From the NCBI RefSeq assembly GCF_009914755.1, contig NC_060939.1: a stretch of 64,000 nucleotides of DNA; one strand, 5' to 3'. The translations under genes were made by a program, and so were the position numbers. Shown here piece after piece: positions 1-13,690 of the stretch. The notes under the pieces were generated by a model. The model had not been told where the DNA came from. It ran no database searches and saw only the letters and a program-made list of their open reading frames with translations. Positions within the stretch are counted from its first letter, which is position 1, and each line of letters starts with the position of its first letter. Source of the DNA: the human T2T-CHM13v2.0 reference genome, Homo sapiens.

Positions 1-2058
1 CACCAGCAGCTCATTTGCAATAGTCTTCCTAATTCTTCTGTTAGTTTTAAATTATGGAACAGAGACCAAGTCAAGTATACAATACAATAAGGCCCTTTTT
101 GGACACTCAGCCCCGTGCTAAGGTACGTTTGACGACCTGGGATTACTTGAAGTACTATATTTATTTTAGTAAGACCAGTAAACAAAAGTACATAGTATAG
201 AAAAACCAGTACAGAAACAATATTGGCACCAATATAATGTCAAAATACATAATATTAGATTTAAACTGGAATTAATTTATCATCATTAAGAAAATCATAC
301 TTTATCAGACCTGATAGACCAGTGACAATTGTGAGATAAAATTGAGGATTATCAGCTTAATAATAAGGTAAAGGCTGAGTCCATTGATTTTATTGTCTTA
401 AATATATTTTGGAGGTTTACTGATTGATAAAAAAATCTGTTGAACAATTTTAATATGTGGGAGCTGCAACTCAAATAGACTTTGGAAAATAAGATTTTAT
501 AAGCAGCAATTAAAAGTAGGTTATTGGAGAAGTGGCTTTTGAACATGAACAGACAGAGTCTTCTTTATCTGTCTACACAAGTGTGCCAGTGTGGACGTTT
601 GTTTTTGTGAAGAGAACCATTCCATACCCTCACTCAAGGACAGTTCCCTTCTTTTAAATAGAGCAGAAAGTACATTCTCTGAATCACGCAGGTACTCATG
701 ATATCTTTTTAAATGGAAAGTTCTCCCTTGTGAATCCCCAGATGACAAATTCTTCCTGCACCATAGCTGCGGGTTCATGAGGCCCGGGACAGTTATGATA
801 ACAATTCTGAAAGCACTCAGAAAGCCCACTGAAGCAGGGAGCAGGAACACAAGTGGTGGTGCACCTAAAGGCTTCAGCGACCCTGGGAGAGCCAAAAGGC
901 AGTTCTTGCACGTGGCAAAAAATGTAGGTGGTTAAAAGAGGACTATAGGGGAATGTCCAACATGTTTTTAAAGGTACCCAAAGTAAATAATTCTCAGTTA
1001 TCTGCTTTATAAAGGAAACTTTCAGCATGTTCAGCAGGCACTGAGCAGGCAGGAGAGTCGGCCAGCGCAGCTCTCCGCCAAGACTGTCTGGCAGTCAGCT
1101 CGGGAGTGAGTCACCGACTCCCTTCAAGGGGAGAAGGAGCATGTGGGCTTTCGGGTTTTTACAAAGGTTCAAATTGCATAAGATGCTCATTTTAATTAAT
1201 GAGAAATTTCAGAGGAAAGTACTAGAAGCAAAAATAAAAAGAAATCTCATCAGAGAAGTCTGCTGGTACTTCAGCATGTATATGAGTGTATCATATACAC
1301 TCATTTATCAGCATGTATATGAGTGTATCCCCTTAATATTCACAATGCATTTTTTTTTTAAATGCACTGTTTAATTTACACAAAATTCTTGATTTGCAGG
1401 TGAAAAGAGCTCAGGTGTTAGAGCTTAGAGAAGTGTGTCCAAGTTTTACCATCTGAAAGTGATAAAAGCAAGGGATCCCTGAGAATGCAGGCTGGGCTAG
1501 CGTGCTCCACTGCAGGGCCTGCTCCAGAATGTCCTAATTTTTATTATAGTGCCCTGAAAAGGGAAGGAATGGGGGGAGGACTATATATGGGAAACCAAAG
1601 AATATCCTAATCTAGAACTCACATGTTACCACTATGAAAACATTGTCTACTGCAGCCCAAATAAACTCCAACACGGAATATAGATTGTGAACTGGAATAC
1701 TGTGGAGAAAGATCATTTGCTAGTGAGAGTAAGACCTGCAGTGAAACAGGCTTCAGCAGTTCATTGAAAACTCTATTTTATTTGTATTTATTTAACAACT
1801 TATTTTAAAATAAAAAAAAGTCAACCTAAAAGTGAATGAAGCACAGAACCAGTTAATTTTTAGTTTTAACAAGAACAATTGGGCCATCACTGTACTGTCA
1901 GTTCGGTTCCTGTTTCAGGACCGCTGGTGAATATTTAGGATGGCATTAAGTGTCATTTTGACAGAGGGCAGTGTAGCTGCCCGGCTTCGATCTCTGTCCA
2001 CATGCTCTCTGTGTGACGTCAGAAGAGTTACTTCACCTGCCTGCAACTCAGTTTCTAA

Positions 2059-2108
2059 TCTCAATGTGGGATTAATCATGGGTCTCAATGTGGGATTAAT
2101 CATGGGTC
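2059..2108 (+). repeat. Perfect 24-bp tandem duplication (TCTCAATGTGGGATTAATCATGGG x2)
   Basis: Read directly; copies at 2059-2082 and 2083-2106, in MIR-like sequence. Confidence 0.9.
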
Positions 2109-2379
2109 CAGGATCACAAGGCTGGTATGAAGGATCAATTGCCAACCTATGCCAAATGCTCAAGCAAGCCCAGGTCTGTGTCAGGGGAGGGTATGCTAAG
2201 TGCACCAAGCCATTCTGGGTTCTGTGTCCAGGAGACTCCTGGGGTTTACTGGACCCAGAGTGTGAGATGGTGCCTGGCCTCAGCCTGAGCACAGTAAGGT
2301 CATTGCCTTGCCCACATCTGCAATGTCTCCCTCGCAGGGGCATCCTGGGGGACATTGCCCTGCAGCTACACCAATGTGG

Positions 2380-3800
2380 ACCATGCTCTCACCATGCACC
2401 AGGCACTGTTCCAGGTACTGAGATGCACAGAGCAGAGCAGGGGCAGAGTGGGGCTTGCCTCCCAGGAGGGTACACTCTGGTGTGCATGGAATAAGTGTCA
2501 GTAGGTTATGATGATTGCTATGAAGAGTAATTCAGAGTAAGAGACAGTGCGTGTGCTGGAAAGAGATGCTTGAGCAGAGATCTGAGGGAGGTGAGGATGT
2601 GAGCAAAGCTGTTGGCAGAGAAACCTGAACTGGCAGGAGGAATGGCGGGTGAATCCCAGGCTGTGTGGCAGGTGCATGCTTGATGTGTTAGGAACAGCGG
2701 AGGGGCAGGCGTGAGGAAGTGGGAGACGGGGAGGGAGCGTCGTCAGGGAGGAAGGGCTGGGGTTGGGATCACATTCCGAAAGTGCTATAGGCCATGCAGG
2801 GGAGTATCAGGAAGGACAGTTGACTTTTATCTGGAAGGGCAGAGAGGGCCACTGAGTGGTTTTGAGTAGGTTTGAAACATGATCCAATTTAGATGTGATA
2901 ATGATGTGACTTAAACGTTGAAGCTCACTCTGGGTGCAGAGTGAAAGAATAGAATGGAATCTGGAGTGAGGTGAGAGGGGGTTAACCCGAGATGCAGTGG
3001 GGACAGTGAAGAGGTGATTGCAGTGGCCCAGGGGAGTGGCTGTTTTGGCCAGCAGCATTAGCTGATAGGTTATTGTGGGCATGAAGGAAAGAGAGAAGTC
3101 AGGGATGACCCCTAGGTATTTTGCTAGAGAACCCAACAGGTATTTTGCTCCATCACCTGCCTATGATCGAGCTGGAGAGGGCAGTAGGGAAGAGGTTTGG
3201 GTACAGAAGGTCACAGGTGCAGTGGTGGTGTGGGAAGCCCCTGGAGACACCACTAGGTCTCCCAGTGAATGTAGAGGTCTGGAGGACAGAGAGGGATTGG
3301 GCTGGAGGTGTGGACCTGAGGTGTTTCCATACTTTGGGAGGCATTTAAGCCACTGGTTTGGATGAGACAGTCAGAGGTTAAGTGCACACAAAAAGGAAAG
3401 GGTGTCTGGATCGTGCCCTGGGGCATGCTTGTGTTTTGAGGTCAGGAAGGTAAGAGAGGCAGCAGGACTGAGGGGAAGAGGCAAGTAAAGGGAAAGACAG
3501 ACAGAGCCGTGCCCTGAGGCCCAGTGGAAAGGATTGTAGGAATGTTGCCCACAGGTCAACTAAGCTGAGGACCAAGACTTGATCTTCAGATTTGGCCATG
3601 TGGAGTTCATTACTGGCCTCCAGAAGAGAAGCTTCCTTGGGATGCAGGTAGTGAAGGCCTGGCAGAGTGGTTACAAGAGAAGGGAGGGGAGGCAGCGGGG
3701 GTTGCTCATATGGACAAATCTCCCAGTGAGTTTTCATGGAAGACGGGCAAAGAATGGAGCAGTGACTGGAAGGGAATATGGGGTGAATGAAAGGCTCTTT
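2380..3800 (-). mobile_element. Degenerate L2 LINE relic (approximate limits)
   Basis: ccaggcactgttccaggtactgagatgcacag resembles the reverse-complemented L2 3' end. It is followed by a purine-rich body with L2-like phrases (gagcagagatctgag, cttttatctggaaggg, agtcagggatgacc). Confidence 0.6.
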
Positions 3801-6800
3801 TAAAGAGCGGTGGTATTAGAGCGGATGTGCTTGCTGATGGGCATGGCAAGAGAATGGGGAGAATGTGTGTAAGGACTGGGATGGAACATCACTGTGTCAT
3901 CACCTATGCAGGACCCCCAGTGTGGCTGGGAGGAGGAACAGGGCTGAGTCTAGGAAGGAGGGCAGGGTGGGAGAGGTGGCTCTGGCCTGTGGGGCCATAG
4001 GGCTTGGGTTTTACCTTGTGGGCAGCAGGATTCTGAGTTGGGCAGCAGTGCCAAGGGCAAGAATGGAGAACCTCCATGAAGATTGAGGAATACACTTCAG
4101 TAGGATTTCAGGAGCTGCAGGGAGAACTGGGGGATTTTAGGATTTGGCAGGAATATCGGAGAGTTCTAGCATGATGTTCCATGGCACAGACTCAGAGCCT
4201 CATAAAACAATGTGGTGCCTGTCCATGTTTTCCACCTTAAGAGGGGAAAGCTGTTATTTGGAACCCTGGGATTGACCCTCACTGTCCAGCCAGTGTCCAT
4301 CTTGGTTTTGTTTTTCTGTTACATTGTTGTTGTTTTTCTAATATGGTGCTTAAGTGATCGGTAATGGGCATTTGAGGAAAACATCACACAATGGTGCCAT
4401 TTAGAGGTACTCATTTAATGACCTGAAAGTAACAGACAAATAAACAGAAGAGACATTTTTCAGAAGTCATTAAATACTGGGGAAGAACAAAGTTTAAGAA
4501 GACAGATAAGCTGCAGCTTAAAACAAGCCCAGTTCAAGGTCCAAAGTAATTTCCAGTCAAAATACGTCTGCAGTTGCCATTATCGAACTCACTGTATGTA
4601 AGTCAGAAGTGGTCATCCATATAAGAGAAGCACGTCACACACTGCCTTCACTAGCACCCGTGGTGGAATGACAATACCGAAAAGATTTTTTCTTCTCCAG
4701 AAATGACGCCACAACTTGTACTCTTTCAAGTACCAAATAAGGAAAATGTTGGAACTGAGAATATGGCATAAGTGGGACATGTTTTGTAGAGAATATGCAT
4801 TCAATATAAGGAAATAATTCCTATTTTAAGAGAACCTAGTGAATTAACCCAGACTAAAATTGAAGGGTAAGTCACCAAATTTTCAAATATTTCTGTTATG
4901 TCTAAGACTGTTGTTAGTAATAGGGATATAATCTCAGCTCACAAAAATTTACTTCCCCAAAGAATGGAGCCTTTATTTGTCCTTGAAGCACTCGTGGACT
5001 CTGGTCGACCTCAGGATGAGCAGAGCTCCTGGGCTGTACTCAGTGCAGTTGAGAAAAGCAGAAGTGGCGCGTCGGCGAGTGCAGGCTGCCTGCTGACCCT
5101 AAACGGAGTGAGCGCTTTATGGGCTGAGGACATCTTGGTTTCCACCTGTAGGACTCATCCGTCACACGCTGCACATTAGTGCTCACCAAAGGCATAGCCC
5201 TGGATTTCTGTGTTATTTTGTTTTTCAAGTGCTTTCAATGAGCCAAAATGGAACAAAGCAAGCTGAAGTTCCTCCTTAGCTTAGCAGCAGTTCTTAAAGA
5301 TCATACAGCTTGATAGAGGCGCTAGCCAGTTCCCCAGGCATGTGTGAAGGTCTCCTGTATGAAGGCACTTACACACCAGGGGCTGAGAAAACACAGCATT
5401 TGCCTTCTATGATACAGCACGAGCCTTTCTCTCCATGGCTGTGAAAGCGGTGTATTTCATAACCACGCACTGCAGATGAAGCATTTTTGAGGATGGCCTA
5501 TGGACAGAGGAGGGCCTCCAGCTCATGAAAAAACAAAACAAACAAACAAAAAAAAACCCCTCTGCTCCTACCCCGATAGGCATCATCAGAGCTTTTTAAG
5601 AATCTGTTTCTTCCCTCCTAGAGGCTATCTTCAGTTAATACAGCAAGGACAACACTGCAAATCCCCAGCCATGGCCCCATCGTACAAAGAAAGGTCTACA
5701 GATAAAGGCAAAAGGCAGTATGGCAGGAAAGGGCAGACACTGACATTCCTCCAAGAAAAGTGTAATTATGTGCAAATGTGTGTAGATATACTGAAACTAA
5801 TGAAAATAATTTTGATCAAGAAGTAGAATCCGAGCTTTGAAATTCTTAAGCATAGCATTCTATTCCGTCACTGTGGGAAATGATTAGGGTATTTGTGAGT
5901 GGGATTCAGAGCCCAGTGGGATGGTGTTTCCCTAAAACTGGCAGAGCAGGAGTGTCTTTATCTCCGCTTCTGGAGAGAGCCACGGAAAACGACGCTCACA
6001 GAGACATCACTGTGGCTGCACAGCCTCCAAATGGTCAATCATGAAGTCAAGCCCTTGTCTCTGGACAGCCAGGGCTGTTACCATCTAACACAATTTAGGA
6101 ACATTTTCACAACAGAGAATGGAGTAGCTTAGAAAACTTTAATTTCACCATTAAGATCTGCTTTTTCTACTAGTACCTCAATTGGTAAGATAAAGAGACA
6201 GCAAAGACCTTCCAAAAACTGAGCACCTGGACGTGGTCTAAAATTGAGTTGCAAACTCGGTGACAATTATGAAGTCCATGAGAAGTGCATCATGAAGCCA
6301 GATCTGGTTTGACCAATAGTTACACAACTGGGCAGGTACAAAATATAACCTTCTTTTTTCCCCCTGCAAAACTCTGAAGAAGAAGGCTGTTCACTGGGAG
6401 GAGCTATGCTAGGCTTAGTGCTATGTCTTTCCGAAGTGTGCAACTACCATGGATGTTGGAGAAAGGGGAATTTAATGTTTTTAAATATGAAATCACAGAG
6501 TTAAAAAAGTATACATCTGTGGGCTCCGTACTAACAGGAGTGAATTTTAGCTTGTTAGAGCTTCAAGTATATGCATTTTTATGGTGATGTGAAACTTAGA
6601 TCAAAAGAGCATTATTCCTTTATTCTTTATTCTCTCATTCTATTCAAAAGGGAATAGCTTTAGGGCCAGCAAAGAATTGATCTGTTAGATGCAATCAATA
6701 AAAATGACTGACTTTTAAGAACAGGGTGGAGCAGGCCTGCATCGATTCTGACCTCAGCATCTCTCCATGGCTGGTGGCTCTCAGCTCTGATTTCAGCCTT

Positions 6801-7877
6801 TTCATGGGAGAGAAAGCACTTTAAGCACAGCTAGGGCCCCACAGCTGGGCACTTCAGGGAAGTACCAGGAATCACATGTTCTTCTCCCAAGTGCCCAGGG
6901 CACTCGCTTCTTGGGAACCACAGCTGGCTTTCAGTTTGGTAAGTCCCCTTGAAGCCAAATTTGCAGTCAAGTGCTCAGTAATTCAAAACCAGTTGCTATT
7001 TGCACATCTGAAAGCAGCTGTAGAAACCTGAGGTGGGATCCATGCTCTTCAGCTGTGGGGCTGTCTTCTGGGCTTGTGGTCTCTCTGTCCCCCCAGATAC
7101 CATCCTCAGTTTGTCTAGATCTGCTAGGGCAGTTTCTAGTTTTGTTCTGCTCATATTACATAAGCTTTTGGAATCTGGATAACTTGATTGAACAAACAAA
7201 AAATGTTCTTGTGTCTTCCCTGAGGGTCAGCCCACTTTTCTTGAGGGCTTATTGTGTGACGCTGGGTCCCACAGAATGTGTTGTGAGCTGGCACACTGAA
7301 GGGGCAGGACCCCAGAGATGACACAGACTCCATCATGTCTGTCACTCACTCTCCAATCCTGGCATATTATTCACAGCACAAATGCTCCCAGACCAACTAA
7401 GGATGCAGTGAGGTTTGGGAACAACAACCTCGGAAAGTTTCTCAGCGTCCCCTCCATGCCCCAGCGCCCAGTGCAGGTGACTCTAGCAATATGAGAACTC
7501 GGTTTTTGTGTGTTTAAACCAAACTTCTGAAATCCCCTGTGAGTGGATTAGGCTCTGCCAGTCCATGCGCAATGGCTAATTGGTTGTTAAAAATGGCTAA
7601 AATATTGACATAAACCAATTCCTTAGAATCACAGAATGATAGACTTTGAGCCTCAGGTTAGGTGGTTGGATAACTAGCCCCAAGCAGAGTATCCTTGGAT
7701 GTTGGAGAACTGAGGTGTATCAAGGCCAAACAATCCCCTAGGCACTATGGGAGCTGTGTTCTCAGATCCTCGTCTCAGGAGACAAGCCTCCACGTGACTC
7801 CCTGGTTTCTGTATCTTGAGAAGAATTTGTAAGAAATAATATGTTTTAACGCTTCCTCTTGTTTCTCTTTTTAAAAG

Positions 7878-7999
7878 CTTTTCACAGATGCCAACCAGTT
7901 CAGTGAAAGATGAGACCAATGACAACATCACGATATTTACCAGGATCTTGGATGGGCTCTTGGATGGCTACGACAACAGACTTCGGCCCGGGCTGGGAG
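7878..7999 (+). CDS. GABRA5: GABA-A receptor alpha-5 subunit, internal coding exon (122 nt; ...[40 protein letters not shown])
   Basis: Pyrimidine tract plus AAG acceptor ending at 7877, GTGAGT donor at 8000. Translation has the GABA-A alpha motif [32 protein letters not shown] matches my recollection of the alpha-5 N-terminus. The phase-1 end joins the next exon (G|AG = Glu). Confidence 0.96.
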
Positions 8000-8157
8000 G
8001 TGAGTGTGCTCTCCTCAGCTGAGCCCAGCAAGGATCCAGGAAGGGCTTAAGTCTCGTCTCAAGCTTGTGTTTGCGCTGATTCAAACAATTCCTAAAAGAG
8101 CTTCCCTGCCAGGATTTTGGTATGATGGCTGTTCCACTCTTGCCAAGAATCATGCAC

Positions 8158-8225
8158 CCTTTGTTATTTTCTAGACGCAAGATCCTTTGTTATTTTCTAG
8201 ACGCAAGATCCTTTGTTATTTCTAG
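8158..8225 (+). repeat. 26-bp tandem repeat, ~2.6 copies (CCTTTGTTATTTTCTAGACGCAAGAT)
   Basis: Read directly; copies start at 8158, 8184 and 8210. Confidence 0.9.
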
Positions 8226-8734
8226 GTGGAAGAAGCTGGGGGAAGTGGTCTTCCCAAACATCTTTGCAAAATCCCCTCTTCCCAGATAATCTTAATGTCT
8301 AGTCTGGTTAACTTAAGGAGGAACCAGCTTTTAGGCGTTACTAAAGCTGAGATTACCCTATGTTAAGAAATAATATAAAATCAACCTCATAGTCTTGTAT
8401 CTATGCGAGTCCTTTTCAGAAATCCACTGTGGAATGCAGTCATCCTTTATATCTTTATGGGTTATGCATTTAGTGCTTCACTATGGCCATAGTCCTAGTA
8501 TTTACTTTGACTTTGTGGAATTCAATAAAAATGAACTGATGTAGATTGTTCTTGTAGGGCACACCTGGCACAGCTTCATTGTTGTGCTAAGAATTGTGTG
8601 CAGTTTCCAGGCATGTGCAGTCCCCTTGGCTCTACAGTTTAGATGTGGAGTCTGAACTTGTTGGGTTAGGTGAGGTAGACACTTTCCAGTGAATACATTC
8701 TTGGAGGAAAAAATTTAGTTGTCTAGTGTTTGCA

Positions 8735-9107
<373 letters not shown>

Positions 9108-10197
9108 TAACAGTCTCTTACTCTGCCCTCTGAATTATGTTCCTAGGCCTGTGTGCCCAGCAGTCCAGTCCCTTGAACACACTCAGAAGGGTCAGAGCAT
9201 CTAGAGGAGCCCTAAGCTGCTGTCAGTGCTTGTGGTATTCTCTCATCCTCTCTGCCTTCCAGTCCTACAGAGTAGGAGGATACCATGGAAAGCCTCCCGG
9301 GCCACCCTGCTGGGGCTGGCATCTCAGTGAGGAGACAGGCACACTGCATCATACAACACACAGCATCACACAGACACCTGCCCACGCACAGATGCACGCC
9401 ATGCAGACGATCATCACACCGCGAGCTGCTGGAGAGGCAGGCCCACAGTGCGGCTGGAAGTTACCCGGTGTGGGCTGCAGTGCACTTTGAATTGCTTCCT
9501 ACTCATGACCACGGGGACTTACAGGGCTGTGGTAGTGCCCAGGGAAGTACACAGGTTTTCCCCCAAATATTATTAGCCACTTTTATCACTTTACCTATTT
9601 CCAATAATTTTGTTTGAAATCACAGTCTCCCATGATAGGGCTTTCTATAATAACAGTTCGAAACGCTACATAAAGAGAAGTGGGTCTTCCTGTCTCAGGG
9701 CGCACTGGGCACATTCTCAACATCGTTTCCCGGAGACCACCCAGGACCTCCTGCTTTGATTGGAAAGTCAGCTCCCCTCATCCTCAATTGTCTGATGCTT
9801 TTTAAAGCCCCTCTCTGTGGCGACGGCGTGGCCCTGAGCTGCCAGGCTGGCATCATTGCTCCAGGTTTACAGAGGAGGAAATGGAAGCTCGGGTGTTTGC
9901 AAAACCCCAAGGCCCCACGGCGAGGCCTCAGCCCAGGTCTTTCCAGGACTGCTCCCCAGGGAGCAGAAGGAGGAGGAGAGCCAAGCTGTGTTCTGTATGA
10001 TGGGAATTTCATTTCATGGTATAGCGGGGAGCAGCTCGATTTCATCTGGTAATTGTCAAGTCCTCCAAATTTACCAAACGCACTGCAAAAGCCCCCGGTT
10101 GCAGAGGGTGACCCTGGTTACTGGACTGAGAGCACGAGAGTGTGCCAGACGCGCAGGGTGGGTCGGTGCAGCCCAGGGACCTGTGTCTGTCTTTCAG

Positions 10198-10265
10198 AGC
10201 GCATCACTCAGGTGAGGACCGACATCTACGTCACCAGCTTCGGCCCGGTGTCCGACACGGAAATG
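10198..10265 (+). CDS. GABRA5: GABRA5 coding exon (68 nt; [23 protein letters not shown])
   Basis: ctgtctttcag acceptor, ATG|GTAGGT donor, conserved VTSFGPVSD motif, phase consistent with both neighbouring exons. Confidence 0.97.
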
Positions 10266-10368
10266 GTAGGTCCCGGGGCATGGCTGGGCAGACAATTCTT
10301 ACTCCGCGCCGCAGGCCCCCGCCCAGGCCCCGTGCCCTCTGACTGCCTCGTGCCTTCCTTTCCACTAG

Positions 10369-10590
<222 letters not shown>

Positions 10591-10907
10591 TGAGCGCCGG
10601 GCGGGGGCGGGCGGGGCCGGGGGACGGTGCGGGGCAGGCGCGGCTGCCCATCCTGCCGCAAGAGCTGCGCCGCGGAGCTGTTCTGACCATAGGTCTGAGA
10701 CTGCGGCGCGTGTGTGCTGGGGGTTCCCCGTTGCCATCTGCCCACACCAGCGCTCTTGGACGTTCTTTCCCAGGGCTGCCATAGGTCCGTGGCCGTTTGT
10801 CATTTGGACTCGTTTATTCGGTTCAAGCTCAAGAGCATCTTTGGAACCATGGCCCATATAATGTCGGATAGGGAAAAATTATTATATTAAACTTAAACAT
10901 CTAAGGA

Positions 10908-11251
<344 letters not shown>

Positions 11252-12047
11252 TTATTTTCTTTTGTTGCAATTGTGTAGCCTTTGGAAGTTTTAAAAGCCT
11301 ATTTCTCACATGCTTGGATAACATTCCAATGTTGAGGTTAAGTTTTAGTATTTATAATTTAAATGGACTGTTAGTCATTTTTAAAATTTTGAATTATTCA
11401 TTGCCTTGGATAAATCAACAAATTGGTCAATGAGAAAGGCTCCTTTAGAGTTTTTCAAAGTTTCCAAAGTGGGTCTATGGAAGTAGGCTTCAGAAAATAT
11501 TTTTTAAATTGAAAAAAACAGCATTAAAGTCAAGTTAAAAAAAAGGAAGCACATTCCTTTTGCATAGGTACTGGAATTTCTCTATCTTGCTACAATTTTT
11601 CACGGTAAACTTTATGTTTAAAAAGAGTAATCATAGTGGAAAGTAATATTGATGCTCTCATCTTTGGAGGATCTGTGTTTCCTAGCATATGTTCTGGTGA
11701 ATACTGTAACACACTGTGTCCTGTTGATTAAAGGGGAAAAAAAAATCAAGCTTTTAAAGAACTAAATTTTGTTCAGAGGTCTTACAAGGGACTGCAGACT
11801 GAGGCCTGTAGCCTGGGAGCCGCCTTTTGGAGGGGGTTTACCAACGGCGCGGTGCAGTCTTTCATCCTGCTTCTGTGCACTTGTGGTGGATAATCAGCCT
11901 GTGCAACATCTCATTGCAGCTTGGGTGCAAGAGCACATTTGGTTATGGTTTGCGGAGGCATAATCACTAACCCCCTCAGACCCTACCTTCTGTGTAGGAA
12001 AACGCAAGGACTGGTGCTCTTATCTTGTAAAGAATGTAGTGACTCAG

Positions 12048-12390
<343 letters not shown>

Positions 12391-12991
12391 CTATCCTGTT
12401 TGAGCTTCAAAGCATCTTTCTGGAGACACAATCAGGGACTTTGTGAAATGATGCTGGCAGGTGGAAATGAGCAAAGGTGGCTTCTCTCACATTTGTTACC
12501 TTGTCTCACAGTTCCAAATCTATTTGACAGCAGGACTGTCCTGGTAACAGCCCAATAAGGAGCTGTGATGAGTGAGCCTAGAGCACACAACTTGGCATTT
12601 TGTCTTTCCTCGCATTGATCTTGAACGTGTTTGCCCATAGATGGAGATGTGAGTTTTGAGCATCACTGTCCTTGGACATTACCTTGTTGATTTAGAGAGG
12701 TTGTTGAAAACCTGAGAAATATTTCAAGGGTTGAGAATAAGTCCTTAGCCATCAGTCCATGGAAAAAGGAAGGGTTTGGAGAGAAGCGAGTGCAGTCTCA
12801 GCCCTGTGTGTAGACAGCAGGTGTGGAGACAGAGGCCGAGGTGTTGGAGGATGTCTAGGGGTTCACGTAGGGCTGGGAGGAATGCTGGATGTGGTTACTG
12901 TGGGGATGCCTGTGTTCTGCTCATGGAATGAGAATACACTCCTGGTCCTCGTCGGACTAGTGTTCTTGATTCTCATCCTAATTAAATCTAA

Positions 12992-13357
<366 letters not shown>

Positions 13358-13489
13358 TAAGCAGTTTTAATTCTAGAAGACAATGGGACACACTCTATTC
13401 TCTGAAGCATTGTTGTCTGAATGGGATGGAGAGTTAGTGTCATTCCTTACAAGGGGAAGAGGCAGGAATGGGGCCGCCTACTGAGTCTG

Positions 13490-13690
13490 TATAGCAGGCA
13501 ACTTCACAGACACAGCGTCCTTCAGCCCTCAGACAGCCCTGCCAACCAGGTGACACTGTGACCATAATGGACAGAGAGAGTAAGGCTTAGGGGTGTTTGG
13601 TAACCAGCCCAGGATCACACAGCTAGTGAGGAGGTCACAGGAATTTGAGCTCATTTCTGAGCAATGTTCTTGTTTAATCCACCACATTTG
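13490..13690. mobile_element. MIR relic (similar relics near 1960-2080, 16290-16400, 23040-23150, 41540-41700, 42640-42720, 43380-43540, 62210-62340)
   Basis: MIR-core-like phrases such as cccaggatcacacagctagt, gggaaattgaggctgagag and ctcatttgtaaaat. Confidence 0.55.

Noticed and set aside
2014-2021. Full CRE palindrome TGACGTCA (also AP-1 TGAGTCA at 1107)
   Set aside because: Isolated 7-8-mers are expected by chance in 64 kb; no supporting context.
6845-6898. Hairpin CTGGGCACTT...AAGTGCCCAG resembling a pre-miRNA
   Set aside because: Only a 10-bp perfect stem with an irregular interior; too weak without small-RNA data.
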